Shown here: piece by piece, positions 10,410 to 19,059 of the stretch
Position numbering within the stretch: the first letter of the stretch is position 1
Layout: each line of letters starts with the position of its first letter
Source: Candidatus Omnitrophota bacterium
GTDB lineage: Bacteria; Omnitrophota; Gorgyraeia; Zapsychrales; Fredricksoniimonadaceae
Direction: 5' to 3'
Length of the DNA: 64,000 bases
NCBI GenBank assembly: GCA_028865345.1
Contig: JAGWKL010000005.1
Coordinates: 21,577-85,576, forward strand
Program-made: the position numbers and the translations under genes
Notes under the pieces: model-generated
Databases searched by the model: none
What the model was told of the DNA's origin: nothing
The model's input: only the letters and a program-made list of their open reading frames with translations

Positions 10410-11477
10410 ATGGCTGGTAATTCTTTTGGTCAGCTTTTTAAAATTACTACTTTTGGTGAAAGTCACGGACCTGCGATTGGGGTCGTCATTGACGGGGTGC
10501 CGCCCAAACTGCCATTGACCGAAGCAGACATTCAAAAAGATTTGGATCGCCGCCGTCCCGGCCAAAGCAAAATCACCACCCAGCGCCGGGAACCTGATAA
10601 GGCCGAGATCCTTTCCGGTGTCTTTGAAGGCAAAACAACAGGCGCGCCGCTGGCCATCCTCATCCGCAATACGGACGCCCGTTCCAAAGATTATGAGAAT
10701 ATCAAAGACGTGTTCCGTCCGGGCCATGCGGATTTCAGCTATATGGCTAAATACGGGATCCGAGACCACCGTGGCGGCGGGAGATCGTCAGGCCGGGAAA
10801 CCGCCTGTCGGGTCGCCGCCGGTGCGGTGGCCAAAAAGATTTTGGCCGGGCATAAGGTCGGGATCATTGTTTATACATTGTCCGTCGCGGGCGCCTATGC
10901 CCAGGAGATTGATTACAGTGTCATCGAAAAAAACGCGGTGCGTACCGCCGATATGAAAGCCGCCGGGCTCATGATCGCCAAGATTGAAGAGGCGCGCAAG
11001 AACGGCGATTCGCTGGGCAGCACCCTGCAGTGCGTTGTGAAAAATTGCCCTGCGGGCCTGGGCGATCCCTGCTTTGATAAACTCAATGCGCGCCTGGCCC
11101 AGGCATTGATGTCCATAGCGACCGTCAAGGGTATTGAATTCGGCGATGGGTTCGCCGCCAGCCAGCTGACGGGTTCCATCAACAACGACCGGTTTGTCCT
11201 TAAGGGTAAGAAAGTGGGGACCGCCACCAACCATTCCGGCGGCATCATGGGCGGCATATCCACCGGCGAAGACATCACCATCCGTATGGCATTGAAGCCG
11301 CCGTCATCCATTTCCAGGCTGCAGAAGACAATCAACGAGAAACAACAGGAAGTCGAAGTCCGGGTCAAAGGCCGCCATGATCCGTGCCTCGCCCCGAGAG
11401 TTGTCCCTGTGGCTGAAGCCATGATCGCCCTGACGCTGGTGGATTGTTTGATGATCCAGAAAGCCACAAATTTATAA
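10410..11477 (+). CDS. aroC: Chorismate synthase
   Basis: [30 protein letters not shown]; true start ATG 10410 after GAGG. Confidence 0.98.
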   Translation: MAGNSFGQLFKITTFGESHGPAIGVVIDGVPPKLPLTEADIQKDLDRRRPGQSKITTQRREPDKAEILSGVFEGKTTGAPLAILIRNTDARSKDYENIKDVFRPGHADFSYMAKYGIRDHRGGGRSSGRETACRVAAGAVAKKILAGHKVGIIVYTLSVAGAYAQEIDYSVIEKNAVRTADMKAAGLMIAKIEEARKNGDSLGSTLQCVVKNCPAGLGDPCFDKLNARLAQALMSIATVKGIEFGDGFAASQLTGSINNDRFVLKGKKVGTATNHSGGIMGGISTGEDITIRMALKPPSSISRLQKTINEKQQEVEVRVKGRHDPCLAPRVVPVAEAMIALTLVDCLMIQKATNL

Positions 11478-11487
11478 ATCCATTGTC

Positions 11488-11627
11488 ATGCAGGATCAAA
11501 AAGTCATTTTAAATATTCCCTGTTCCTTCGACGGCGCCGGGGTACATGGATAATCGAAAAGTTATTCTCAATATTCCCTGTTCCTTCGAGGTCGGAAGGT
11601 TAAATGGATAATCGGAAAGTTGTCCTG
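11488..11627 (+). repeat. 58-bp-period tandem array: SDR start stub + junction element (copies 3 and 4 at 11512-11545 and 11570-11603) + functional start
   Basis: ATGs at 11488, 11546 and 11604 encode MQDQKVIL / MDNRKVIL / MDNRKVVL; both spacers begin AATATTCCCTGTTCCTTCGA. Confidence 0.92.
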
Positions 11628-12452
11628 ATTACGGGGTGTTCAAGCGGGTTTGGGCTGTCTACGGCTGTACGATTGGCTGCGAGCGGCCATTTTGTTTGGG
11701 CGACGATGAGGGACACGTCCAAAAGGTTCCGCCTGGAAAATGGGCTGGCCAAGCACAGGGCCCAGGCTTTTATCCGCGCGCTGGATGTCACGCAACCTCT
11801 TACCATCCAAAATGTCGTTGATGAAATCGACCAAACCCATGGGCGTATTGATGTGCTGGTCAATAACGCGGGCTATTTGGTCGCGGGGTTCTTTGAGGAT
11901 TTGAAGCCCGAGGAGATCCGCGCGCAGATGGAAACCAATTTTTTCGGGGCACAGAATGTCTGCCGCGGGGTTCTGCCTTTGATGCGCCGGCAAAAGAAGG
12001 GCAGGATCATCAATATTTCCAGTATTGCCGGGCAAATAGGCACTCCGACGCTGGGAGCGTACAATGCCAGCAAGTGGGCGCTGGAGGGATTCAGCGAAAG
12101 CCTTTATTTTGAACTTAAGCCCTTCGGGATTTCCGTTTCCCTGCTGGAACCCGGCCTTTATACAACCGAACTTTTCAGCAAGAATATCCGTTACGCACAG
12201 GATTTTGACAATCCCCAAAGCCCGTATTTCAGCCTGAACCGGAAAATTAAGGCGTTTTCCCATAAGTTCCATAAACTTGGGAAGGACCCCAACCGGATAG
12301 CCGGGCTGATTGAACGGATCATCAATGAGAGGTCCCCGCGTTTGCGCTATGTTTCCGATTTTCCATCGTGGGTAAGGATCAATGCCCAAAAGATCCTGCC
12401 GCCGGCCTGGGTGGCCTATATTCTCAGGAGGGTTTTTCATGCAGACAAATAA
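11604..12452 (+). CDS. Short-chain dehydrogenase/reductase
   Basis: TGCSSGFG, NNAG, YNASK. Confidence 0.95.
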   Translation: MDNRKVVLITGCSSGFGLSTAVRLAASGHFVWATMRDTSKRFRLENGLAKHRAQAFIRALDVTQPLTIQNVVDEIDQTHGRIDVLVNNAGYLVAGFFEDLKPEEIRAQMETNFFGAQNVCRGVLPLMRRQKKGRIINISSIAGQIGTPTLGAYNASKWALEGFSESLYFELKPFGISVSLLEPGLYTTELFSKNIRYAQDFDNPQSPYFSLNRKIKAFSHKFHKLGKDPNRIAGLIERIINERSPRLRYVSDFPSWVRINAQKILPPAWVAYILRRVFHADK

Positions 12453-12738
12453 AACACCTTATCAACGGCAAATCTTCGTATGCACCAATAATGTCAATGG
12501 CGAAAAAGCCTCCTGTGGCGATCATCAGGGAGAGGAAGTTTTCCGTCAACTGCGCGAAATTGCCAAACAGCGTAAACTGCATCCCAATATCCGTGTGGCC
12601 CAGGCCAGATGTTTAGGGCAGTGCAACAGGGGCGTTAACATTATGGTCTATCCTGAAAACGTCTGGCACAGCGATGTACGCCTCGGGGATGTGCCCCAAC
12701 TGGCGGAAAAATATATAACCGCGGCCCAAGGCTTGTGA
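12439..12738 (+). CDS. Thioredoxin-like [2Fe-2S] ferredoxin
   Basis: IFVCTN...SC...RCLGQCNRG...VYPENVW; AGGAGG RBS before ATG 12439. Confidence 0.88.
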   Translation: MQTNKTPYQRQIFVCTNNVNGEKASCGDHQGEEVFRQLREIAKQRKLHPNIRVAQARCLGQCNRGVNIMVYPENVWHSDVRLGDVPQLAEKYITAAQGL

Positions 12739-13772
12739 CATTCATGATGAGGATATTCTTTTTTACCGGATTCATGTTTTTAAGCGCTTTGTCTGCTTAT
12801 GCCCAGACGGCCGGAGAGTATAACAATCAGGGCTTGGCGGCCCTTCGCTGTGGCCATGCCTCTGCTGCCATTGTCGCGTTCACCAAGGCGATCGCTATCG
12901 ACCATCATAACGCACAAAGCTATACGGACCGCGCCCTTGCTTTTGCTGAATCGGGCCGTTGGACCGATGCTGTTTCAGATGCCGACCACGCCATCAAGCT
13001 GGCCCCCCGGCTGGCCGTTGCTTACAATAACCGGGCCACCATCGAGGCGGCCGAGGGCAAGGCGCCTGATGCCCTTGCCGATCTGGCCATGGCCATTGAA
13101 TTGGCCCCCCGGGACACAGGATGTTATAACAATCGGGGGATTATTTATTATAAGCTGGGCAACTTTCCTGCCGCCATTTCCGATTATACCAAGGCCATCG
13201 GGATAGACCCCGGATATGTGCCTGCTTATGCCAACCGCGGCAAAGCTTACGCCAAGGAAGGTGATCTTACCGCCGCCTTGACGGATTACAATAAAGCCAT
13301 TGAAATAAAACCCGGCGATGCGTTCCTTTACAGGAACCGGGGCCTCATTTATATCAAAAGCGGCGATCTTACCGCCGCCAGGACTGATTTCAGCAAGGCC
13401 ATCGGCATGGACCCCAAAAATACGGCTGCCTATTTTATCCGGGGGACCATTTATTACAAGCAGGGGGATTTCACCGCTGCGGTCGCTGATTTCAGCCAAG
13501 CCATCAGCCTTGATCCCGTTGACGCCAAAAGCTATATGAACCGCGGCCTGACCTTCCTGCGGATCAATATGCCCCGGCAGGCCATTGCCGATCTGGTCAA
13601 GGTGACACAATTGGACCAAAGGTTCACAAGGGCCTATTATAACCTGGCTGTGGCCTATTATAAGCTCAAGCAATACGATAAAGCCTGGGAGTATGTGCAC
13701 AAGGCCCAGAGGCTGGGTGTCACCGTCAAACCGGCATTTATGGAGGCGCTCAAAAGCGCTGCCCGCAAATGA
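12735..13772 (+). CDS. Exported tetratricopeptide repeat protein
   Basis: Signal peptide, then about 9 34-aa repeats (AYxNRG...A..DY.KAI.I.P). Confidence 0.92.
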   Translation: MTFMMRIFFFTGFMFLSALSAYAQTAGEYNNQGLAALRCGHASAAIVAFTKAIAIDHHNAQSYTDRALAFAESGRWTDAVSDADHAIKLAPRLAVAYNNRATIEAAEGKAPDALADLAMAIELAPRDTGCYNNRGIIYYKLGNFPAAISDYTKAIGIDPGYVPAYANRGKAYAKEGDLTAALTDYNKAIEIKPGDAFLYRNRGLIYIKSGDLTAARTDFSKAIGMDPKNTAAYFIRGTIYYKQGDFTAAVADFSQAISLDPVDAKSYMNRGLTFLRINMPRQAIADLVKVTQLDQRFTRAYYNLAVAYYKLKQYDKAWEYVHKAQRLGVTVKPAFMEALKSAARK

Positions 13773-14386
13773 TCGTCGATTGTGGTCAATATACCGCGGA
13801 CCAGATGTATTTCCTGCTGATCCAGCTTGTCATTCCAAGGCCCGTCGCGTGGGTGCTTTCCGACAACGGCAACGGCACCCATAATCTGGCGCCGTTCTCC
13901 TTTTTTAATGCTATCACCGCCAACCCGCCCATTCTGATGATCTCCGTCGGGTGGAAGGACGACAAGCTTCACAAGGACACCTGGGTCAATATCGGCGAGC
14001 GTTCTCATTTTGTGGTGCACATTCCCCGCGGCGGACAGGTCCATGACGTGAGCAACAGTTCGTCCGTTTTGCCGCACGGCGTTTCTGAAATCGAAACCTT
14101 CGGCATTGCCACGGAGTCCCCGGAAGGCTGGCCGCTGCCCAGGGTCACGGGGGCCGCTGTCGCCTTTTGTTGCGAAAAGTACGCCATTTATGAAATAGGC
14201 CGTGATCCCCAAGGCCTCATCCTGGGCAAGATCAACCGCATTTGGATCGACGAGGAAGCGGTCAGCCGGTCCAATAACCGCATTGTCATTGATCCCGCGA
14301 AAATCGATCCTCTGGCGCGTTTGGGGGGCAATCACTATGCGCTGTTGGGAGAGATCCTGACCGTCAAGCGACCGGATAAACCGTAG
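13769..14386 (+). CDS. Flavin reductase family protein
   Basis: IPRPVAWV, NLAPFSFFN, KDTWVNI, PLARLGGNHY. Confidence 0.9.
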   Translation: MIVDCGQYTADQMYFLLIQLVIPRPVAWVLSDNGNGTHNLAPFSFFNAITANPPILMISVGWKDDKLHKDTWVNIGERSHFVVHIPRGGQVHDVSNSSSVLPHGVSEIETFGIATESPEGWPLPRVTGAAVAFCCEKYAIYEIGRDPQGLILGKINRIWIDEEAVSRSNNRIVIDPAKIDPLARLGGNHYALLGEILTVKRPDKP

Positions 14387-14420
14387 GTAGCATCAAAGGT
14401 TCTATGAAAACGCATGGTGA

Positions 14421-14547
14421 ATATGGAGGGCATAACTCCTTGCGCCAAGGTATTGGGCTTCCCAACACTTTGTTTGGCCGTACTCGTTGACAATCGGATG
14501 TGGAAGGCTGGGATGAACCTTGGCTTAAGGAGTTATGCCCCCCATAT
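14421..14547. repeat. Long inverted repeat (31-bp arms, 28/31 complementary); MITE-like or structured RNA
   Basis: 14421-14451 vs reverse complement of 14517-14547. Confidence 0.85.
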
Positions 14548-14569
14548 CCTCTTGGAATATTTTATGAAA

Positions 14570-14651
14570 ACCATATCGGCGGGTGGCTCGGAATTGATGT
14601 TGCCGAGCGCACGGCAACATCAATTTCGAGCCAGGACCCGTCGCGAATGGT
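14570..14651. repeat. REP-like palindrome, 22-bp stem with AGCGCA loop
   Basis: TGGCTCGGAATTGATGTTGCCG / CGGCAACATCAATTTCGAGCCA (one G-T pair), plus imperfect outer arms. Confidence 0.85.
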
Positions 14652-14701
14652 AAGTTATCGGGATTTTTGACAGTACTAAACCGTAAACAGGGAGGGTGAG
14701 T

Positions 14702-14857
14702 ATGGCTCAGAAGAAAGTCACTGTTTTCAAAATCAAAAACCGTAGCGGTTTTGCCGCCGTGTGCGATGGGCATTTGACCGAGGGCTCAAGCAAAGAGCAG
14801 GCGTTGGCCCGCATGGCAAAAGCGTTGAAGCGCACGTCCAGGAAAAAAATACGTTAA
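14702..14857 (+). CDS. Small basic protein, 51 aa (not in ORF track), weakly HicB N-terminal-like
   Basis: GGGAGGG RBS; MAQKKVTVFKIKNRSGFAAVCDGHLTEGSSKEQALARMAKALKRTSRKKIR. Confidence 0.75.
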   Translation: MAQKKVTVFKIKNRSGFAAVCDGHLTEGSSKEQALARMAKALKRTSRKKIR

Positions 14858-14941
14858 AAAATCTGGGAACCAGGTTGCTTTTTACTCATAGGGCTCCTAT
14901 ACTTTAAATGATATGTTTTATATCTTAAGGAGGAGAAGCCT

Positions 14942-16795
14942 ATGAGCATGTTCGACAAGAACATCAGCGCAGAGAAGCTCAAGAGCCTCGAGTTTGCAGA
15001 AAGCGCCCGTGAGCAGGAATGGAAGGCTCCCAGTTTTGCCCTCAAGCTTTTTGGCGGTTCCCTCGATTTTAATTTGATCCACCCTTTCCCGCAACAGGAC
15101 CCCGACGATAAAAAAGCCTGCGACGCGTACATGGCCCGGATGGAAAAATTCCTGCGGGAAAATCTGAATCCGGATGAAGTGGACAAGACCGGTGAGATCC
15201 CTTCCAAGGTTTATAAAGGTCTGGCCGATCTTGGTGCTTTTGCCTTGAAAATACCCAAAGAATACGGCGGCTGCGGTTTCAGCCAGTACAGTTATAACCG
15301 CATCATGCATTTGATTTCCAGCTATTGCGGCTCGACCGCGGTCCTGCTTTCCGCGCATCAATCGATCGGCGTCCCCCAGCCTCTGAAACTTTTCGGGACG
15401 CCTGAACAAAAGAAAAAGTATCTGCCCATGTTTGCCAAGGGCGCCGTCTCGGCCTTTGCCCTGACTGAGCCCGAGGCCGGTTCCGACCCGCGCAACATGA
15501 GCACCACCGCAACTCCGACGGAAGACGGGAAGTTTTTTTTGCTCAACGGCACCAAGCTCTGGTGCACCAACGGCCTTATTGCGGATGTGATGGTGGTCAT
15601 GGCCGTGACCCCGCCCAAGATCGTCAAGGGCAAAGAGATCAAGCAGATCACCGCTTTTATCGTCGAAGGCGCGTATCCCGGCATTGAAAAGGTCCACCGT
15701 TGCAGTTTCATGGGGCTGCATGGCATCCAAAACGGCCTTATGCGTTTCAACAATGTCAGGGTGCCCCGTGAAAATATTATTTTAGGCGAAGGCGAAGGCC
15801 TGAAGCTGGCCCTGATGACGCTCAATACCGGCCGCCTGACCCTGCCGGCCGCATCGACGGGCATCGGCAAATGGTGTTTGAACGTGGCCCGCCAATGGGC
15901 CGCCAAGAGGCATCAGTGGGGTTCTGCCATCGGAGAACATGAGGCCGTGGCCTTAAAATTGAATTATATCGCTTCTCATACCTTCGCCATGGACGCCGTA
16001 ACATGGTTGACCTCGGCGATGGCGGATGATAAGCGCCGTGATATCCGTCTGGAAGCGGCCATCGCCAAACTTTTCTGCACAGAGGTTTCCTGGCAGATCG
16101 TTGACGCCACTTTGCAGATCCGCGGAGGGCAGGGTTATGAGACATCGGAGTCCCTCGCCAAACGCGGCATGGACTACTGGCCCGTGGAAAGGGCCATGCG
16201 CGACGTGCGCATCAACCGCATCATCGAAGGCACGTCGGACATCATGCACCTGTTCATCGCCCGCGAGGCCCTGGACCCGCATTTGTCCAGGATCAAGCCC
16301 TTACTGAGCGGCAAGGTGGCGCTTAATGCCAAAATGACCGCCGCCCTTAAAATGGTCGGGTTTTACGCAGGATGGTATCCGGGATTATGTCTTCCGTCGC
16401 TGACCGCTGGCCCGGAGGGCGGCCTGCCGCGGCCCCTTAATGAGCATATGGCCTTTGTCCGCAAGGCAAGCAAGAAGCTTGCCCGCCTGACATTTCATGC
16501 CATGATGAAACACCAGCAGAAACTGGAAAGCAAGCAAAGCATCTTAAACCGCATCGTGGATATCGGCATGGAATTATTTGTGATGTCGGCGGTATGTTCC
16601 TATGCCCAAATGCTGGCCCGGGAGACTCAAGCCAATGCCGTGGAGCTGGCGGACAGTTTTTGTGCCGATGCCGCAAACCGCGTCAATGCTTCATTTCAGG
16701 AGAGCGCTGAAAACGTCGACGGCAAGAAATTAGAAATAGCCAGGAGGATTCTGGCCCGTGAATTTGAGTGGATGGAGAACCAGATCATCAAGTGA
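14942..16795 (+). CDS. Acyl-CoA dehydrogenase (ACAD9/VLCAD-like, long C-terminus)
   Basis: AFALTEPEAGSD, LNGTKLWCTNG, QIRGGQGY, RINRIIEGT. Confidence 0.95.
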   Translation: MSMFDKNISAEKLKSLEFAESAREQEWKAPSFALKLFGGSLDFNLIHPFPQQDPDDKKACDAYMARMEKFLRENLNPDEVDKTGEIPSKVYKGLADLGAFALKIPKEYGGCGFSQYSYNRIMHLISSYCGSTAVLLSAHQSIGVPQPLKLFGTPEQKKKYLPMFAKGAVSAFALTEPEAGSDPRNMSTTATPTEDGKFFLLNGTKLWCTNGLIADVMVVMAVTPPKIVKGKEIKQITAFIVEGAYPGIEKVHRCSFMGLHGIQNGLMRFNNVRVPRENIILGEGEGLKLALMTLNTGRLTLPAASTGIGKWCLNVARQWAAKRHQWGSAIGEHEAVALKLNYIASHTFAMDAVTWLTSAMADDKRRDIRLEAAIAKLFCTEVSWQIVDATLQIRGGQGYETSESLAKRGMDYWPVERAMRDVRINRIIEGTSDIMHLFIAREALDPHLSRIKPLLSGKVALNAKMTAALKMVGFYAGWYPGLCLPSLTAGPEGGLPRPLNEHMAFVRKASKKLARLTFHAMMKHQQKLESKQSILNRIVDIGMELFVMSAVCSYAQMLARETQANAVELADSFCADAANRVNASFQESAENVDGKKLEIARRILAREFEWMENQIIK

Positions 16796-16798
16796 CCC

Positions 16799-18835
16799 AT
16801 GTCAGCCCTGCCTTCATTTTTTAACAATAAGCTGCCCATCTTAAAGCAGATCCCCATTTTCCATGGGCTTAACTGGTTTGAATTAAACCGTGTCAGCCGC
16901 CATGTCGAGATCGTTGATTTCAACAAGGGGGACATCATTTGCCTGCAGGGTGCGCCCGCGGACGCTTTTTATGCTTTGGTCTCAGGGAGGGTCTATTCTT
17001 ACGTGTCCGGCCAGGCGGGAGAGAAGCAGGATGTGGATTTCATCCTGCGCGGGATGTCCTTCGGCATCATCTCGGCGCTGACAGGAGAAAACCATTCCCA
17101 TACGTACGAAGCGATCAATGATTCCGTCGTCATCAGGATCAACAAGGATAATTTTTCCAAGCTTCTTCAATCCATTCCCAAACTGGCGGTGGCCCTGAGC
17201 CAGAGCTTGTCCCTTCGTATGCGCAGCCAGGTCACGCACACAAGGTCAGCCCAGGAATGTACCATTATTGCCGTTTATGCGCCCGTTGCCGGCTCAGGGG
17301 CTTCCACCTACGCCGCGAATTTGGCGCTCAACCTTAAGGAACAGACGGGAAAGAAAATTTTATTGTTGAGCCTCTCGTCGGACAAGGATGAAGAACGCAG
17401 GGACTTAAGCGAGATCATCGAGGACGACCATCTGATCCTGGGTGCCATCACCAGAGGGGTCCTGCCGGTGGACCTTTTAAGTGTCAGGTTCGACGCGCAA
17501 AATCCGATGCCGGCGGGAAAGATCAGCCGGTTTGTGGCCGCACCCGTCAATGATTATCATTATATTGTCCTGGATTTGCCCAACGAGATGGATGATGTGG
17601 TCATGAAAACTCTTACCCAATCGGACGTCATCCACCTGGTCAGCCTCGACAATGAAAAAAATTTGGAGGCCACCCGCCATGTGATCGACAAGCTGGCGGG
17701 CCGCCTGAAGGAGAGGTTCCGTGCCGACCGCGTGCAGGTCATCATCGGCGGGGTCAATACCGAAAACCGGCTCGTTCCCCAAGAGATCAAGAAAATCCTC
17801 AACTATGATGTCTTTTTGGTTTTACCGCATTTGCAGAGCGCGGAATTTGCTTATAAAAAAGTCGCCCCTGGTTTTGCCTTTGTAGAAGTCGACGCCAAAA
17901 GCGAATATGCCAAAACCATACGGCGGCTTTCGCGCCAGATCAGCCGGGTCATGGTGGGGTTGGTCCTGGGAGGCGGTGCTGCCCTCGGCATGGCGCATAT
18001 CGGCGTTATTCGGGTCCTGGAGCGGGAAGGAATACCTGTTGATGTGGTGGTGGGAAGCAGCATGGGCGCCCTGATAGCCAGCCTGTGGGCCGTAGGGAAT
18101 AACGCTGCTTCCCTGGAAGAGTTCGGCCGCGAGTTTGAAAATAAATCGGCCCTTTTGCATGTGTGCGATCCCATCTTCCCCGTTGCCGGTCTCATCGGCG
18201 GAGAGGGGATCGTCCACTGGCTTAAAGGCAAATTGGGCGGCAAGACCTTCCATGACGGTAAAATCCCTTTGAGGGTTGTGACCTATGATCTTTTCCACCG
18301 CAAGGAGGTGGTTGTCAGCGACGGCCTTCTGGTCGACGCGGTGCGTAAAAGTGTCGCCATTCCGGGCGTCATCACGCCGGTCATGGAAGGCAGGCAGATG
18401 ATCATCGACGGAGGCGTTTTAAACCCTTTGCCCACCAATGTGCTGGCGGACATGGGTGTCAAAAAGATCATCGCGGTCAATGTGCTGCAATCGCCCGAAG
18501 AAGTGGACTGGTCGCAAAAGAAAGCGGACGAAGATATTGCCAAAAGTTTTGATGTCTCTTTTTCCAGGCACCCTTTCAAATTCCTTGGGTTCAGGATGGG
18601 CTGGCTTTTGTCCAGGATGCTCACGCCCAATATCGCCGACATCGTCGTCCGTACACTGCAGGCCTCGGAATACGTGATTGCAGAAACCAGCGCCAAGCAG
18701 GCGGATGTTTTGATCCATCCGGATTTGAGAGGGATCAATTGGTTTGAATTGTACAAAGTCAATGAATTGATCCAACGCGGTGAAGAAGCTGCTCAAAAAG
18801 CCCTGCCTGCCATCAAGGCTCTGGTCAATAAATAG
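16799..18835 (+). CDS. cNMP-binding / degenerate MinD-like / patatin phospholipase fusion
   Basis: CAP-type domain (FNKGDIICLQG), P-loop-like APVAGSGAST, patatin GGGAALG, GSSMG, DGG. Confidence 0.88.
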   Translation: MSALPSFFNNKLPILKQIPIFHGLNWFELNRVSRHVEIVDFNKGDIICLQGAPADAFYALVSGRVYSYVSGQAGEKQDVDFILRGMSFGIISALTGENHSHTYEAINDSVVIRINKDNFSKLLQSIPKLAVALSQSLSLRMRSQVTHTRSAQECTIIAVYAPVAGSGASTYAANLALNLKEQTGKKILLLSLSSDKDEERRDLSEIIEDDHLILGAITRGVLPVDLLSVRFDAQNPMPAGKISRFVAAPVNDYHYIVLDLPNEMDDVVMKTLTQSDVIHLVSLDNEKNLEATRHVIDKLAGRLKERFRADRVQVIIGGVNTENRLVPQEIKKILNYDVFLVLPHLQSAEFAYKKVAPGFAFVEVDAKSEYAKTIRRLSRQISRVMVGLVLGGGAALGMAHIGVIRVLEREGIPVDVVVGSSMGALIASLWAVGNNAASLEEFGREFENKSALLHVCDPIFPVAGLIGGEGIVHWLKGKLGGKTFHDGKIPLRVVTYDLFHRKEVVVSDGLLVDAVRKSVAIPGVITPVMEGRQMIIDGGVLNPLPTNVLADMGVKKIIAVNVLQSPEEVDWSQKKADEDIAKSFDVSFSRHPFKFLGFRMGWLLSRMLTPNIADIVVRTLQASEYVIAETSAKQADVLIHPDLRGINWFELYKVNELIQRGEEAAQKALPAIKALVNK

Positions 18836-18975
18836 CCCTCTCGCACGCCCCCAACTCTTTTAGCTCTTATCGCACCTTAAGGTGCTGATTTATACAAAAA
18901 GTATACGCGGATTTACAAATTATCATAACTACATATATTCCAATGTATTATATTCTTCTTGTAAATTGTTAAGAT

Positions 18976-19003
18976 TTGACAAACATTAAATATATGTTAT
19001 CCT
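18976..19003 (+). promoter_or_regulatory. Putative sigma70 promoter for the large protein
   Basis: TTGACA, 16-bp spacer, extended -10 TGtTATCCT in an AT-rich intergenic region. Confidence 0.55.
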
Positions 19004-19059
19004 TTCAGCATTAACCATTTCTTAACGTGCCAGTGACTATAAATTCATTTAGGGGATAA

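Noticed and set aside
10294-10487. Simple assembly or slippage duplication as the cause of doubled gene starts
   Set aside because: Copies differ mainly at synonymous sites and the same intervening motif recurs at independent loci; read mapping is still needed to exclude it fully.
11591-11605. Integron attC call from GTTAAAT (GTTRRRY) at the element end
   Set aside because: No RYYYAAC inverse core, element too short, other copies do not fit GTTRRRY, and no integrase is present.
11488-11627. CRISPR array interpretation of the 58-bp periodic repeat
   Set aside because: Only two repeats, the spacers are homologous gene starts, and no cas genes are present.
13000-13700. About 102-bp periodic DNA similarity (e.g. 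GGCGATCTTACCGCCGCC)
   Set aside because: Explained by TPR protein repeats.
14421-14547. 6S RNA or riboswitch assignment for the long hairpin
   Set aside because: No recognisable conserved motifs; cannot be supported without a covariance search.
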